Positions 29,160 to 39,426 of a stretch of DNA of 64,000 nt are shown in pieces. Made by a program: the position numbers and the translations under genes. The first letter of the stretch is position 1, and the number at the start of each line of letters is the position of its first letter. The stretch spans positions 27,947-91,946 of the forward strand of contig DUEZ01000078.1 of assembly GCA_011174825.1 (NCBI GenBank), given 5' to 3'. The stretch is from Anaerolineae bacterium (lineage in GTDB: Bacteria > Chloroflexota > Anaerolineae > Anaerolineales > E44-bin32). The notes beneath the pieces are model-generated. The model ran no database searches. It saw nothing but the letters and a program-made list of their open reading frames with translations, and was not told the origin of the DNA.

Positions 29160-30413
29160 CTATCCGGGCAAAAGCCTTCGAATAAATTCTGCGGCCCTTC
29201 CCAAGCTAAACCTGGGCAAGGGAATACCGCCTCTGTAGCCGTCGTACGCCCTCTCCTCTTCCAACAATTGGGCCCAATATATGAGGCCCACACTCGTAGA
29301 GAAAGCAGGCGAGTGTAGACGATCCACCAAACCACGTAATTCCTCAGGTTGTGAAGATCGTACAGGTAGTCGGAGCACATCCCCGGCCACCTCTCGAATC
29401 CCTGGCAGCAGACTTGTCCCACCCGTAAGCACGATCCCAGCTGGCAAGAGGCCATCGTATCCACTACGCTTAATCTCCTGCCTCACCAAACTGAACAACT
29501 CCTCAGCCCGAGGCTCTACGACTTGTGCTAATTCAACGCGCCGGATCTGCACAGTCTGTTCCTCACCAAAAGGTCGAACAGCAAAGGTTTGGTTTGGATC
29601 AAGATCAGCAGGTCGTGCGTGGCCGTGACGATGTTTGATCGTCTCAGCCGTCTCATAGGGGAGGTGAAGACCTTGCGCAATGTCGTTGGTCAAGTGTTCC
29701 CCCCCAACAGGAATAACCGCGGAGTGCCAAACTGCACCCTCGATGTAGATCGCAATATCCGCCGTGCCTCCGCCGATATCACATACCACTGCCCCCATCT
29801 CGCGTTCCGTTTCTGTCAGCACCACGCCGGCGGAAGCAATCGAACTGAGCACCCAACCGTCAACCTCCACGCCGGCTGTGTTGATGCATTTCTCTAAGTT
29901 CCGCAGCGCAGTGGAACCGGCGGTGACGATGTGTGCTTCAACCTCTAATCGATATCCATGCATGCCTACTGGAGATTCGATCCCATCTTGACCATCGACA
30001 ACAAAGCTGCGCGGAATAACGTGAACCATTACGCGGTTGTACGGGAGCACTATCGAACGCGCCGCATCCAACGCTCGACCCACATCGTCATAGCCGATCG
30101 TACGACCAGCAACTCCGGCCATCCCTTTGCTGTTCAAGGAGGCAATCTGCCCTCCCGAAAGGCTGATCAAAGCCGAGGTGATTTCATATCCTGAGGTGCG
30201 TTCGGCCTTATCTTTGGAAGCTTCCACTGCCTTCGCTACGCCTTCCATGCTAACCACGCCACCTTTTCTCATACCCTGCGAAGGCACGATCCCTACCCCG
30301 ATCACACGTAAACGGTGATCCTCCCCCAAATGACCGACCAATGTACAAACCTTGGTGGTTCCTACATCTATTCCGACAAAGATCGGTTCATCAGACCCGA
30401 GAATAACTGTCAC
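29160..30413 (-). CDS. ftsA: Cell division protein FtsA
   Basis: GIDVGTTKV, DIGGGT, VLTGG and an amphipathic C-terminal helix. Confidence 0.96.
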   Translation of the reverse strand: MTVILGSDEPIFVGIDVGTTKVCTLVGHLGEDHRLRVIGVGIVPSQGMRKGGVVSMEGVAKAVEASKDKAERTSGYEITSALISLSGGQIASLNSKGMAGVAGRTIGYDDVGRALDAARSIVLPYNRVMVHVIPRSFVVDGQDGIESPVGMHGYRLEVEAHIVTAGSTALRNLEKCINTAGVEVDGWVLSSIASAGVVLTETEREMGAVVCDIGGGTADIAIYIEGAVWHSAVIPVGGEHLTNDIAQGLHLPYETAETIKHRHGHARPADLDPNQTFAVRPFGEEQTVQIRRVELAQVVEPRAEELFSLVRQEIKRSGYDGLLPAGIVLTGGTSLLPGIREVAGDVLRLPVRSSQPEELRGLVDRLHSPAFSTSVGLIYWAQLLEEERAYDGYRGGIPLPRFSLGRAAEFIRRLLPG

Positions 30414-31322
30414 CTACCACTCCAATCGGTAGAACGGACGGTCTTGATTCATGAGGAATATTGCAACCTGATTAATATTGCGGGCAGACAGCCGTTCCAC
30501 AAGTTGACGATACATCTCGACCTTCACCGTCATGTCCCCTTCAATCCCAAAAAAAACAATCCTCCCGTTGCTGTCCTGGAAGCCAAGTCCATACATAGGG
30601 TCATAACTCAAGATCTCGATCTCCGGCAAATTCGCGCTGAGGTCAACGGCCGCACTCACGACCTCAGGCTTAATGACCGGAATCAACGGATCCTCAAATA
30701 CGTGCAAGACCGGTGCCTGAGCCTGTACTTTAACGATATCTGGCCACGATCCATATTGGATGAAAGCCACGCCGTCTGCACTCATCCACCAAGTTCTACC
30801 GGCGTCGTACCATTCGACAACCGGTTCACGTTCGACCAGAGAGATTTCCACCTGATTCGGCCAACGGATATCAACCTCGGCAGATAAAATCTCAGGATAT
30901 TGCTTCAACTGGTCAACAATTCGCTGCGGATCGATATTGAAAATCAGGTTCCCGTCTACTTGAGCCATAGATCGTGTTTGAGCGCTACTGAGCATCTTAT
31001 TGCCCAGAACCTTCGCCTGCTCTACGTAGAAATCATTCGAAGTGAGCACACGAACGAAAGCCAAGATCATGCTCGCGAGCAGAACGATCGTTAGCAGGCG
31101 AATTCCAATCCGAATACTGGGAATGGCTGGTAAGCGAGCCTCAACGCCTACTCCTGTAGGGAGAACAAAATCAAAACGACGACGAGTACGCTTTCGACGG
31201 CGCCGCTTCAACAATGGATCTTTGGACACAGGTTCAATTTCACGGACGAGTTTAGCCCGACGTTTGCGAACTTGGTCTGCCCGTGTTTGAATTCTCCCCA
31301 ATGTCCGTTCACTCAGGGTCAT
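30414..31322 (-). CDS. ftsQ: Cell division protein FtsQ/DivIB
   Basis: Basic N-tail, single TM, POTRA-like segment ending WPNQVEI..VEREP; synteny. Confidence 0.85.
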   Translation of the reverse strand: MTLSERTLGRIQTRADQVRKRRAKLVREIEPVSKDPLLKRRRRKRTRRRFDFVLPTGVGVEARLPAIPSIRIGIRLLTIVLLASMILAFVRVLTSNDFYVEQAKVLGNKMLSSAQTRSMAQVDGNLIFNIDPQRIVDQLKQYPEILSAEVDIRWPNQVEISLVEREPVVEWYDAGRTWWMSADGVAFIQYGSWPDIVKVQAQAPVLHVFEDPLIPVIKPEVVSAAVDLSANLPEIEILSYDPMYGLGFQDSNGRIVFFGIEGDMTVKVEMYRQLVERLSARNINQVAIFLMNQDRPFYRLEW

Positions 31323-32428
31323 GCTTCGCCCTCGTACACACGAACTAAGCTCTCCTTCTGTTCCTGACGCATAAATGCCAACTCAATCAAACGATCTAAT
31401 AAATCCGGGTAAGGGAGACCGCTCGCTTCCCACAACTTCGGATACATACTAATCTTCGTAAAGCCAGGGATGGTGTTGATCTCGTTCATATAGAGAGTCC
31501 CGGTCTCCCGATCGAGAAGGAAATCTACCCGTGCCATCCCTGCTCCATCGATGGCCTGAAAAGCTTCAACCGCCATCTCCTGTGCTTCCTGCTCGATCTC
31601 CTTGTCAATGGAAGCCGGGATATGCAGTTCAGAAGTATCGTCTTTATATTTCGCTCGATATGAGTAAAACTCATCCCCCGGAACGACCTCACCTGCAATT
31701 GAAGCCTCCGGATATTCATTGCCCAGGACACTGACCTCGATCTCTCGCGCCTCAAGCCCTTGTTCAACCAAAATCCGACGATCATATCGGGCGGCTTCTA
31801 GCATGCCCTCCATGAGATCAGATCTGTTGCGGCATTTAGAGATCCCCACCGATGAGCCTAAATTGGCTGGCTTGGTGAACAAGGGATAGGACGCAACCGA
31901 TTCTGCTCTACGGATCACCTCGTCCATCTCGTCTTGCAACTCCGTTGAAAGAATCAAGGTCCAATCAACCGTTCGAATGTCATTCGCTCGCATCACTTGC
32001 TTGAAGAGACATTTATCCATCGCAACTGCTGACGCCAATACACCCGCGCCAACATAGGCGATATCCGCTAACTCAAGCAAACCCTGTATCGTGCCGTCCT
32101 CTCCGTAGGTGCCATGCAGCACCGGGAAGATCACATCCAGTTCATGGATCATCTCCAGAGCCCGTCCCTCCGCCCAGCGAAAGGACCTACCCATTCCCGG
32201 TTCAGCGAATATGGCCACCGTCTCCAGATGCTCCACTTGGCCCCGTTCGAACGCTTCGAGCACCTCTGACCCACTAAGCCAATGACCCTGGTGCGTAATA
32301 CCAATCTGACAAACCTCGTATTTTGATCTATCCATAGCGTCCATCACCGAACGCGCGGATAAAAGAGAGATTTCATGTTCGCCGGATCGACCTCCGAAGA
32401 TAAGGCCGACCTTCAATTTCTCGGTCAC
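31319..32428 (-). CDS. ddl: D-alanine--D-alanine ligase
   Basis: GGRSGEHEIS, LHGTYGEDG, GSSVG, FYSYRAKY and NEINTIPG; GTG start overlaps the murB stop. Confidence 0.96.
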   Translation of the reverse strand: MTEKLKVGLIFGGRSGEHEISLLSARSVMDAMDRSKYEVCQIGITHQGHWLSGSEVLEAFERGQVEHLETVAIFAEPGMGRSFRWAEGRALEMIHELDVIFPVLHGTYGEDGTIQGLLELADIAYVGAGVLASAVAMDKCLFKQVMRANDIRTVDWTLILSTELQDEMDEVIRRAESVASYPLFTKPANLGSSVGISKCRNRSDLMEGMLEAARYDRRILVEQGLEAREIEVSVLGNEYPEASIAGEVVPGDEFYSYRAKYKDDTSELHIPASIDKEIEQEAQEMAVEAFQAIDGAGMARVDFLLDRETGTLYMNEINTIPGFTKISMYPKLWEASGLPYPDLLDRLIELAFMRQEQKESLVRVYEGEA

Positions 32429-33402
32429 GCCTGACCTCCTGAGAGGGTGTGAATCACATTGGAGTTCATGGGCTCCCAATCACCAACCAGTTCAACCTCC
32501 AAATCGAGCCAAATATCAAGCTGCGATGCTACCCGTTCCCGCACCAATTGAATTAGGTCCCAGACATCGGCAGCCGAAGCGTCACCTAAATTGACGAAAA
32601 AATTCGCATGCAGCGGACTGATTTGCGCCGCTCCCTGCTGGGTGCCCTTCAAGCCTACGGCCTCGATCAACCTACCCGCATAATCCCCTTCCGGGTTCTT
32701 GAACATCGATCCCATGCTCGCGCCGGCAGGCTGAGTGCGCTTACGTTGCTCGACAAAGGCACCCATCTTCGCTTTGCAATCCTCTGGCGTGGACTCCTCT
32801 AAACCGAGAACAGCCTTCAACACCACGGCTTCACCAGGATTCCGCTTTAACCAACTATCGCGATAGGCATATTCCAGGCGTTGAACAGGCCATTGTTCCA
32901 CGCCTATTCCTTGTTGCAAGATTTCGGCCACCTCGAGCGTCCCGGCGATATCGTCGCCATAAGCTCCTGCGTTTCCAACTACGGCACCGCCGATTGTGCC
33001 CGGTATACTCGCCGCCCATTCCAGCCCACTCAAACCTCGCTCAACTGACCGCCGTGTGACAACCCCGAGCATCGCCCCAGACTCAGCTTCGACTTTAGGT
33101 CCCTGAGAGTCTTTGAAAAAGTTCACCTCACGCGCCCGGTTCAGCACTACGACCTCTCTCACGCCTAAATCAGAAACCAGGATGTTCGAACCCGCACCCA
33201 GAACCCTGAACGGCACATCTATGTCCCATAAGGCACTGGTAACCTCAGCCAATTGATCTCCCGATGACACGATGATCAAGAAATCAGCAGGACCGCCGAT
33301 TCGAGCAGCCGTGTACTGCGCTAATGGCACATTCTCAAGTAAGCCTTCATCGAAGGTGCCTCGCAGCACTTCAGCCTTGGCAGTTTGAAGAGGCGTATTC
33401 AT
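32425..33402 (-). CDS. murB: UDP-N-acetylenolpyruvoylglucosamine reductase
   Basis: IGGPA, GAGSN, IPGTIGGAVVGNAGAYG, GSMFKNP and HANF motifs. Confidence 0.96.
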   Translation of the reverse strand: MNTPLQTAKAEVLRGTFDEGLLENVPLAQYTAARIGGPADFLIIVSSGDQLAEVTSALWDIDVPFRVLGAGSNILVSDLGVREVVVLNRAREVNFFKDSQGPKVEAESGAMLGVVTRRSVERGLSGLEWAASIPGTIGGAVVGNAGAYGDDIAGTLEVAEILQQGIGVEQWPVQRLEYAYRDSWLKRNPGEAVVLKAVLGLEESTPEDCKAKMGAFVEQRKRTQPAGASMGSMFKNPEGDYAGRLIEAVGLKGTQQGAAQISPLHANFFVNLGDASAADVWDLIQLVRERVASQLDIWLDLEVELVGDWEPMNSNVIHTLSGGQA

Positions 33403-33578
33403 CAAAGTCGACGCACCCTCTCAATAATTCGATCGAGCAGCTCACGCTCGGGAAACACACTATATGGCAGTGCTACCGTGTTCGAATCCCCATTTCCATC
33501 GGCCTTCTTCGTTGCTAAGCGTATTCTTAGCTGTCGCCGACGGTCACGTCGGAAGACGCGTCGCGTTTTCTTAGTCAT
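33402..33578 (-). CDS. Hypothetical 58-aa basic protein inside the dcw cluster
   Basis: ATG overlaps the murC stop region, its TGA overlaps the murB start, a GGAG lies just upstream, and it fills the gap exactly. Confidence 0.65.
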   Translation of the reverse strand: MTKKTRRVFRRDRRRQLRIRLATKKADGNGDSNTVALPYSVFPERELLDRIIERVRRL

Positions 33579-34941
33579 CTCCACGCTCTCCTTCCCTGGA
33601 TGCAAGTTCTTGCAGCAACATTTGGCCTACTTCATTGCCATCACCTGCACTAAGGGTAATAACCACTGAGCCTGGTTGAATATGTTGCAAAAGGTGTTCC
33701 ACAACTTTTGAGAAATGGCGGAAGAAATGCACATCATGATGTTCGATACGATCCGCCACCAACTGACCAGTGATCTCAGGATCCAATGCTTCCCTTGCGG
33801 CAAAGATATCCGTGAGGATGACATGGTCCGCATCTGAGAATGATTCGGCGAACGCTTCCAAAAGGGTTCGCGTTCGCGAATAAGTATGAGGCTGAAAAAC
33901 GGCCCACAGCGTTCTGTCAGGGAAACGCTGTCGTGCTGCCGCTAATGTAGCTCTGATTTCGGTCGGATGATGTGCATAATCGTCAACAACCAACACTCCA
34001 GCTTCTTCACCAATGATTTCGAAACGACGTTGCACGCCACTGTACTCGGTCAACGCCTCTCTAACTACTTTAAGATCCAGACCGAGGTAATCGCTCACGA
34101 TCAATGCCGCAAGTACGTTAAGCACGTTATGTTTTCCTGGCAGACGTGTTCGGAAAAGACCCAAAGTTTCACCACCACGGATGACCAAAAAATCGGATCC
34201 GCCAGCAGCATTGGTTCGAATTTCATCAGCTCGCCAGGTTGCACCTTCGCTCAAACCATAGGTCTGACGAGGCACGCCCACTGGAATCAACGAAGCAGCT
34301 CCCGGATCGTCGAGGCATACAATCAGTAGGTCCTCCACATTGCGAGCGAAGGTCTCAAAGGCATTTCTGAAATCCTTCGCTGTTGGGTAGCAATCGGGAT
34401 GATCGTGCTCGACATTCGTCACAATGGCCACACTTGGACGCAAACCAAGGAAGGTGCGGTCATACTCATCGGCTTCGATGACGAATTGTTTTCCACCACC
34501 CGCTCTGGCGTTAATACCGAAGTCTTGAACCATCCCTCCGACGATGAAGCTGGGGGATAAACCAGCGGCATCAAGCAACCAGGCAATCAATCCTGTAGTG
34601 GTTGTCTTTCCATGTGTCCCCGCCACCGCGATCGTTTGGCTGGTCGCAGTTAGCTCGCCGAGAAACGCCGCCCGATGTAGCACCTGGATGCCAGCAAGCC
34701 GCGCAGCTTCTACTTCCACATTATCATCGGGCACAGCTGACGAGACGACGACAGTATCCGCACCAAGTACGTTCTCAGCTTGGTGGCCATAAGTCACTAT
34801 CACACCGTCTCGTTCCAATGCCTGGGAGTAAACCGAAGTCATCAAATCAGATCCAGTCACCTTATCACCTCGCTCGTGTAAGATCCTTGCTATAGCCGAC
34901 AGACCCGCTCCTCCGATACCAATAAAATGGACCCGTCTCAT
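33571..34941 (-). CDS. murC: UDP-N-acetylmuramate--L-alanine ligase
   Basis: HFIGIGGAG, GTHGKTTT, EADEYD, DDYAHHP and FQPH motifs. Confidence 0.97.
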   Translation of the reverse strand: MRRVHFIGIGGAGLSAIARILHERGDKVTGSDLMTSVYSQALERDGVIVTYGHQAENVLGADTVVVSSAVPDDNVEVEAARLAGIQVLHRAAFLGELTATSQTIAVAGTHGKTTTTGLIAWLLDAAGLSPSFIVGGMVQDFGINARAGGGKQFVIEADEYDRTFLGLRPSVAIVTNVEHDHPDCYPTAKDFRNAFETFARNVEDLLIVCLDDPGAASLIPVGVPRQTYGLSEGATWRADEIRTNAAGGSDFLVIRGGETLGLFRTRLPGKHNVLNVLAALIVSDYLGLDLKVVREALTEYSGVQRRFEIIGEEAGVLVVDDYAHHPTEIRATLAAARQRFPDRTLWAVFQPHTYSRTRTLLEAFAESFSDADHVILTDIFAAREALDPEITGQLVADRIEHHDVHFFRHFSKVVEHLLQHIQPGSVVITLSAGDGNEVGQMLLQELASREGERGDD

Positions 34942-35471
34942 ACAAACACCACAAGAATGACAACGAAGACAACTCCAACCGCAAAAAAGATATGAGGTAT
35001 CGGCAGCAAGTTAGGAGCCAGCCACCTCATCACCTCTTCATACCTCCCCGCCAACTCCTCCCACCCTTCCCCTGATGTAATAATGAGGTCGGTGGGGTAT
35101 CCCGCTTGGTGTAGAAAAAACCAGAGCGAACCAATCAGTAGATAACCGTTAAGAGCACCCAAGATGAATCCCAACAATGTGTCCTGAAGACGCTCGCGCA
35201 CCAATTTCGGCTGTAACGCCCGGATTTGAGGTGTCTCGTAACCGAAAAAGGTCAACAAGAGCAGGATCACAGCTCGCGCGACAAGCTTTGTATCTGGCTG
35301 GGCGGTCAGAGCCGAGTTATAAGCCAAGATGTAATTCTCAAGGATGTTGATCATGAATAAAGCCAACACAACAGAGCTTGTGACCAACAATTCCTTGGCC
35401 CAACCCCGCATGGCACCAATGACAGCGAAGAGGATGATCAAGATGCCAAAAACCACGATCAAACTAACCAC
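34938..35471 (-). CDS. CvpA-like four-TM membrane protein
   Basis: G.MRG..KE after TM1 and D.LLG..LG..NG in TM3; overlaps murG and murC. Confidence 0.65.
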   Translation of the reverse strand: MVSLIVVFGILIILFAVIGAMRGWAKELLVTSSVVLALFMINILENYILAYNSALTAQPDTKLVARAVILLLLTFFGYETPQIRALQPKLVRERLQDTLLGFILGALNGYLLIGSLWFFLHQAGYPTDLIITSGEGWEELAGRYEEVMRWLAPNLLPIPHIFFAVGVVFVVILVVFV

Positions 35472-36564
35472 GCTCTACGCCTTTCATCTTGGCCAACTCG
35501 AGGATCTCATCAGCGATCGCCTCGGCCGCATCTGCGACTGCGAGTTGCTGCATGGCAGAGGCCATATTGGATAGACGATCCTTATCGTTGATTAGCCCCA
35601 CCACCGTTGGGAACAATTCGTCCACTAATTCACCATCATCGATCTGAATAGCAGCTCCTTGCGATACCATATAGTCGGCATTTACCTTCTGATATCGCCA
35701 AGCATGGGGATAAGGGACGAGAATCGCTGGCAAGCCAAGGAGGGTATATTCACCGAGCGTTGCTGCCCCAGCGCGCGACACGACCAAATCAGCAGAAACC
35801 AATGCGAGTACCATCTCATCATAAAGATATGCATAGGGGTGGTATTCCCCTGCTAAATGTTGAGGGAGACTCTCTTGAACCTCTTCCACCTGCGGCCAAT
35901 CCAACTCGCCTGTTATATGCACCACCTGGACTTTATCGAGGAGGTTTGTCAGACACCCCCACAGCGCCTGATTAATCGACCTTGCCCCGCGGCTGCCTCC
36001 AAACACCAACACGACTGGCCGCTCGGTGGAGAGGTTCAAACTCGTTCGAGACTCATCCCGTGTAACAACCTGAAGCTCAGATCGAGTTGGATAACCGGTC
36101 ACAACGACATGTCGGTCGGAGGGGTAATGGGATTTTGAGGTTTCTGTGACGACAGCGATCACGTCCGCCATTCTCCCAATCAGCCGCAATGCTAATGCAG
36201 GCTCGATATCCGGTACAAAGATCACCTTTGGCAAGCGCCATCCTGCCAATGCGATAGGGATCCCCACAAAACCACCTGTGAAGAAAAGTACGTCCGGTTG
36301 ATACTCATCGATCACTTTCCGGGCAGCTTGAATGCCCCGGAATAATTGCCATAGATTTCCCGGCAAGTTTTGTAAGCCCACGCCGTGAACACCCGCGGCG
36401 GGTACAGGTCTGAAAGCGTAACCAGCATGCTTTACCAGGGTAGTCTCGATGCCGGTTTCACTCCCTACCCAGAGCACTTCAACCCTCTTGCCGAGTGTGC
36501 CGACGACTGCTAAGGCGGGATATACGCCGCCTCCTGTGCCGCCAGCCGATACCAAGAGTCGCAA
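35464..36564 (-). CDS. murG: MurG GlcNAc transferase
   Basis: GGTGGG, GGSRGA, SRAGA and Q..NA motifs. Confidence 0.94.
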   Translation of the reverse strand: MRLLVSAGGTGGGVYPALAVVGTLGKRVEVLWVGSETGIETTLVKHAGYAFRPVPAAGVHGVGLQNLPGNLWQLFRGIQAARKVIDEYQPDVLFFTGGFVGIPIALAGWRLPKVIFVPDIEPALALRLIGRMADVIAVVTETSKSHYPSDRHVVVTGYPTRSELQVVTRDESRTSLNLSTERPVVLVFGGSRGARSINQALWGCLTNLLDKVQVVHITGELDWPQVEEVQESLPQHLAGEYHPYAYLYDEMVLALVSADLVVSRAGAATLGEYTLLGLPAILVPYPHAWRYQKVNADYMVSQGAAIQIDDGELVDELFPTVVGLINDKDRLSNMASAMQQLAVADAAEAIADEILELAKMKGVERG

Positions 36565-37717
36565 TAGAACCTCGCACGTCTATCTTTTCTGGTGTTCGGC
36601 GTGAGATGTTAAATAAAAGGCCGACAGCAGAAAGCGTAGTCACTAAGCTGGAGCCACCATAACTAAAGAACGGTAAAGCATTCCCAGCAAAGGGGAGCAA
36701 GCCCAGCAAGACGGACATATTAATCATCGCTTCAAGACCAATCCAAAACGTGATACCACTCGCCAACAGTGTCTCCAAACTCTCAGGTGAGGACATCGCA
36801 ATCCGAAATCCGCGCCATAGGAATAAACAAAATAGCGTTAAAACGAACATCGCTCCAAGCAGACCCAGCTCCTCACCTATCACCGCGAAAATACTGTCCG
36901 TATGCGGTGCGGGCAGAAAACCAAACTTACCTCGGCTGGCACCCAATCCTCGCCCCATGATGCCACCTGAGTAAAATGCCTGAAGAGATTGCTGAACATG
37001 GTAGGATGCCTCTTCAAGGTCGACGAGACCTCCAATAAACTCCCCCCAACGTTCCTGCCCGGTTTGGGTCAACCGAACAACGAGAAGCGCAAGGGTTCCG
37101 CCCCCAAAGGCCATCACCAGGACTTGGAAAACACGCGCGCCTGCTAGGAAGAACAGCGTCACTGAGATGATCCCAACTGTCAGACCTGCGCTCAGGTCTG
37201 GCTGAATGAGGATCAAGCCTCCTATGATTCCCATGATCATGATCAATGGCCAAAATCCATAACCCATGTCTTCCAAGCGTTCGCCCTTGGATTCCATCCA
37301 GACAGCTAAGTAAATGATCAGTGCTAGTTTTGCCAGCTCGGAGGGCTGAATTGAACCTCCAAGAAAGGAACGTCGGTGGGCACTTCCCACATTAACCAAT
37401 AAGACAGCGAGCAACGCCCCAATGGCGATTAACATCAATATCGGTGCCAAACGTCGTACCCAATCAATGGGAGCCCATGCTGCAACAATCATCACGATCA
37501 GCCCTATCCCAAAATGGCCAACCTGTGACCAGAAGATGGCGTCAGGGTCATTGTGGAGTCGCCAAGATACATCCCAACTGGCGGAATACACCATGACCAA
37601 ACCGAAAGCCATCAGAGCAACGATAAGTACCAATAGCCACGGATCGAAGCCTAAGGTAAGACGGCGTCGGGAGGAGGATCCTTGCATCGGTACTGTGGGC
37701 TCAAAATGTGCCGTCAT
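36479..37717 (-). CDS. ftsW: SEDS peptidoglycan polymerase FtsW
   Basis: MVYSAS, IQPSELAK, QPD, HTDSIFAVIGEE and PFFSYGGSS motifs. Confidence 0.94.
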   Translation of the reverse strand: MTAHFEPTVPMQGSSSRRRLTLGFDPWLLVLIVALMAFGLVMVYSASWDVSWRLHNDPDAIFWSQVGHFGIGLIVMIVAAWAPIDWVRRLAPILMLIAIGALLAVLLVNVGSAHRRSFLGGSIQPSELAKLALIIYLAVWMESKGERLEDMGYGFWPLIMIMGIIGGLILIQPDLSAGLTVGIISVTLFFLAGARVFQVLVMAFGGGTLALLVVRLTQTGQERWGEFIGGLVDLEEASYHVQQSLQAFYSGGIMGRGLGASRGKFGFLPAPHTDSIFAVIGEELGLLGAMFVLTLFCLFLWRGFRIAMSSPESLETLLASGITFWIGLEAMINMSVLLGLLPFAGNALPFFSYGGSSLVTTLSAVGLLFNISRRTPEKIDVRGSIATLGIGWRHRRRRISRLSSRRHTRQEG

Positions 37718-39093
37718 AAGCCTTCCACCCATGCACGATAGGCTTCACCCCGCTCAGCGAAATCATTGAATTCATCAAAACTCGTACCGCCTGGCGCAAG
37801 CAATACAACATCCCCGGCCTCTGCTACTCGCTTCGCCAGATGGACAGCTGCCTCCAATCCATCGCAGACCTCAAAGCTTTGAATTTTATTAGGGCCCGGG
37901 GAGGTTTTTATCACTTGAGCGATCTTCTCCGCTGCTTCACCAAATAAAATAAGATGATCAATTCGTTGCCGTACCAGCGTGGCAAAATCACCCCATGGGA
38001 GATCTTTGTCTCTACCTCCTGCCAGCAAGACCAACGGTTCATCGAAGGCTCGTATCGCGGCTATCGTACGTTCGGGTGAGGTGGCAATCGAGTCGTTATA
38101 CCAATCAACCCCATCGATCCTGCGCACAAACTCTAAACGATGCTCAATGCCCTGAAAACCTCGTATCCCTGCGACCATTGCCTGCGGCGAGATATCAACT
38201 GCCCCAGCGATCGCGCAAGATGCAAGCACGTTCAAAAGGTTGTGTTCTCCGCGTAACTCAACCTCCCCCACAGGAGATAGCTCCACATCGTTCATGCCCA
38301 ATCGCAGCATGATGATCCCATCCTCGATGTACGTGCCGTCTCCTTCTTCGGGTGCTGACCAACCAAAACTGATCAATCTGCCCCGCACCTTTTCCCGTAA
38401 AGCCCAAGCTCCTGGATCCTCGCGCCCCAAGATGGCGACATCCTCGCTGGATTGGAAATCCAAGATCCGGCTTTTCGCGGCAGTGTAGGCTTCCATGGTT
38501 AGGTGTCGGTCAAGATGATTCGGAGTGACATTCAAGACCCCCGCCACGGGAGGGCTGATTGTCATCAACTCAAGTTGAAAAGATGAGAGCTCCATGATCA
38601 CCAGGTCATCTGCTCCGATATCCGGCAGATCTGCAAGCAGTGGTCGACCGATGTTGCCTCCGATCCAAGCACTCGATTCAGTGTCTTCAAATTGAGATAA
38701 GGCCATCCGCCCCACCAGCGTAGTCACAGTAGATTTCCCGGCAGAGCCGGTGATGCCGATCACGGTCGCAGGGCAGATCTCCAAAAACAATTGCGCATCG
38801 TTGGTCACTTTGATGCCCAGTTCGCGTGCCTGAAGTGCCAGCGGCAGATCGGCGGGAACCCCACCGGATAGGCACAACAGGTCGGCACGCTCCAGAAGAG
38901 CCGGCGGATGGCCTCCAAATACATACTCAACAGGCAGATCAGACAATGCTTGACGCGCCTCAGAAAGGGCTTCTCTTGGCTTGAGATCGCTTACCACCAC
39001 CTCAGCCCCTCCCTTGGCAAAATATCGCGTGAGAGCGATTCCCTGCCGCGCCAATCCAAGCACGATTACCCGTTTCCCTTCCCACTTCATCAT
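37714..39093 (-). CDS. murD: UDP-N-acetylmuramoyl-L-alanine--D-glutamate ligase
   Basis: GITGSAGKST, ELSSFQL, NHLDRH, NDSIAT and SFDEF..F.ERG; start uncertain (39093-39156). Confidence 0.95.
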   Translation of the reverse strand: MMKWEGKRVIVLGLARQGIALTRYFAKGGAEVVVSDLKPREALSEARQALSDLPVEYVFGGHPPALLERADLLCLSGGVPADLPLALQARELGIKVTNDAQLFLEICPATVIGITGSAGKSTVTTLVGRMALSQFEDTESSAWIGGNIGRPLLADLPDIGADDLVIMELSSFQLELMTISPPVAGVLNVTPNHLDRHLTMEAYTAAKSRILDFQSSEDVAILGREDPGAWALREKVRGRLISFGWSAPEEGDGTYIEDGIIMLRLGMNDVELSPVGEVELRGEHNLLNVLASCAIAGAVDISPQAMVAGIRGFQGIEHRLEFVRRIDGVDWYNDSIATSPERTIAAIRAFDEPLVLLAGGRDKDLPWGDFATLVRQRIDHLILFGEAAEKIAQVIKTSPGPNKIQSFEVCDGLEAAVHLAKRVAEAGDVVLLAPGGTSFDEFNDFAERGEAYRAWVEGL

Positions 39094-39152
39094 TCGTTCA
39101 GTTGATTCTGGTAACCGAACCCATCGGTTACCTTTCATCATCTTCCCAACCG

Positions 39153-39413
39153 TCAAGCGGCTTTCAGCTGAGTCGGTTGGCGTCGTTTTGATTTATCATC
39201 GACACCGATCCAGAAGTGGTCTGGCATGACTGAGCGAGCTTGACGGATTTCGACACCTGCCACGATCTCCTCCCCACCATTCAAGGTTTCGGGATGGACC
39301 AGACACAGCGTAGGTGTACGACCATACTTCTCATCATAAAAGGCCACTGCACGGCTGATTTTCTCAGCAATGGTAAGTTGGCTATCGTCGAACCAAAGCA
39401 TCCCAATGTCCAT
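39153..39413 (-). CDS. Hypothetical 86-aa protein inside the dcw cluster
   Basis: AAGGAGGA RBS, same strand as the operon, protein-like composition (GMLWFDD, KYGRTP, HFWIGV). Confidence 0.8.
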   Translation of the reverse strand: MDIGMLWFDDSQLTIAEKISRAVAFYDEKYGRTPTLCLVHPETLNGGEEIVAGVEIRQARSVMPDHFWIGVDDKSKRRQPTQLKAA

Positions 39414-39426
39414 AAGGATTTCCTCC

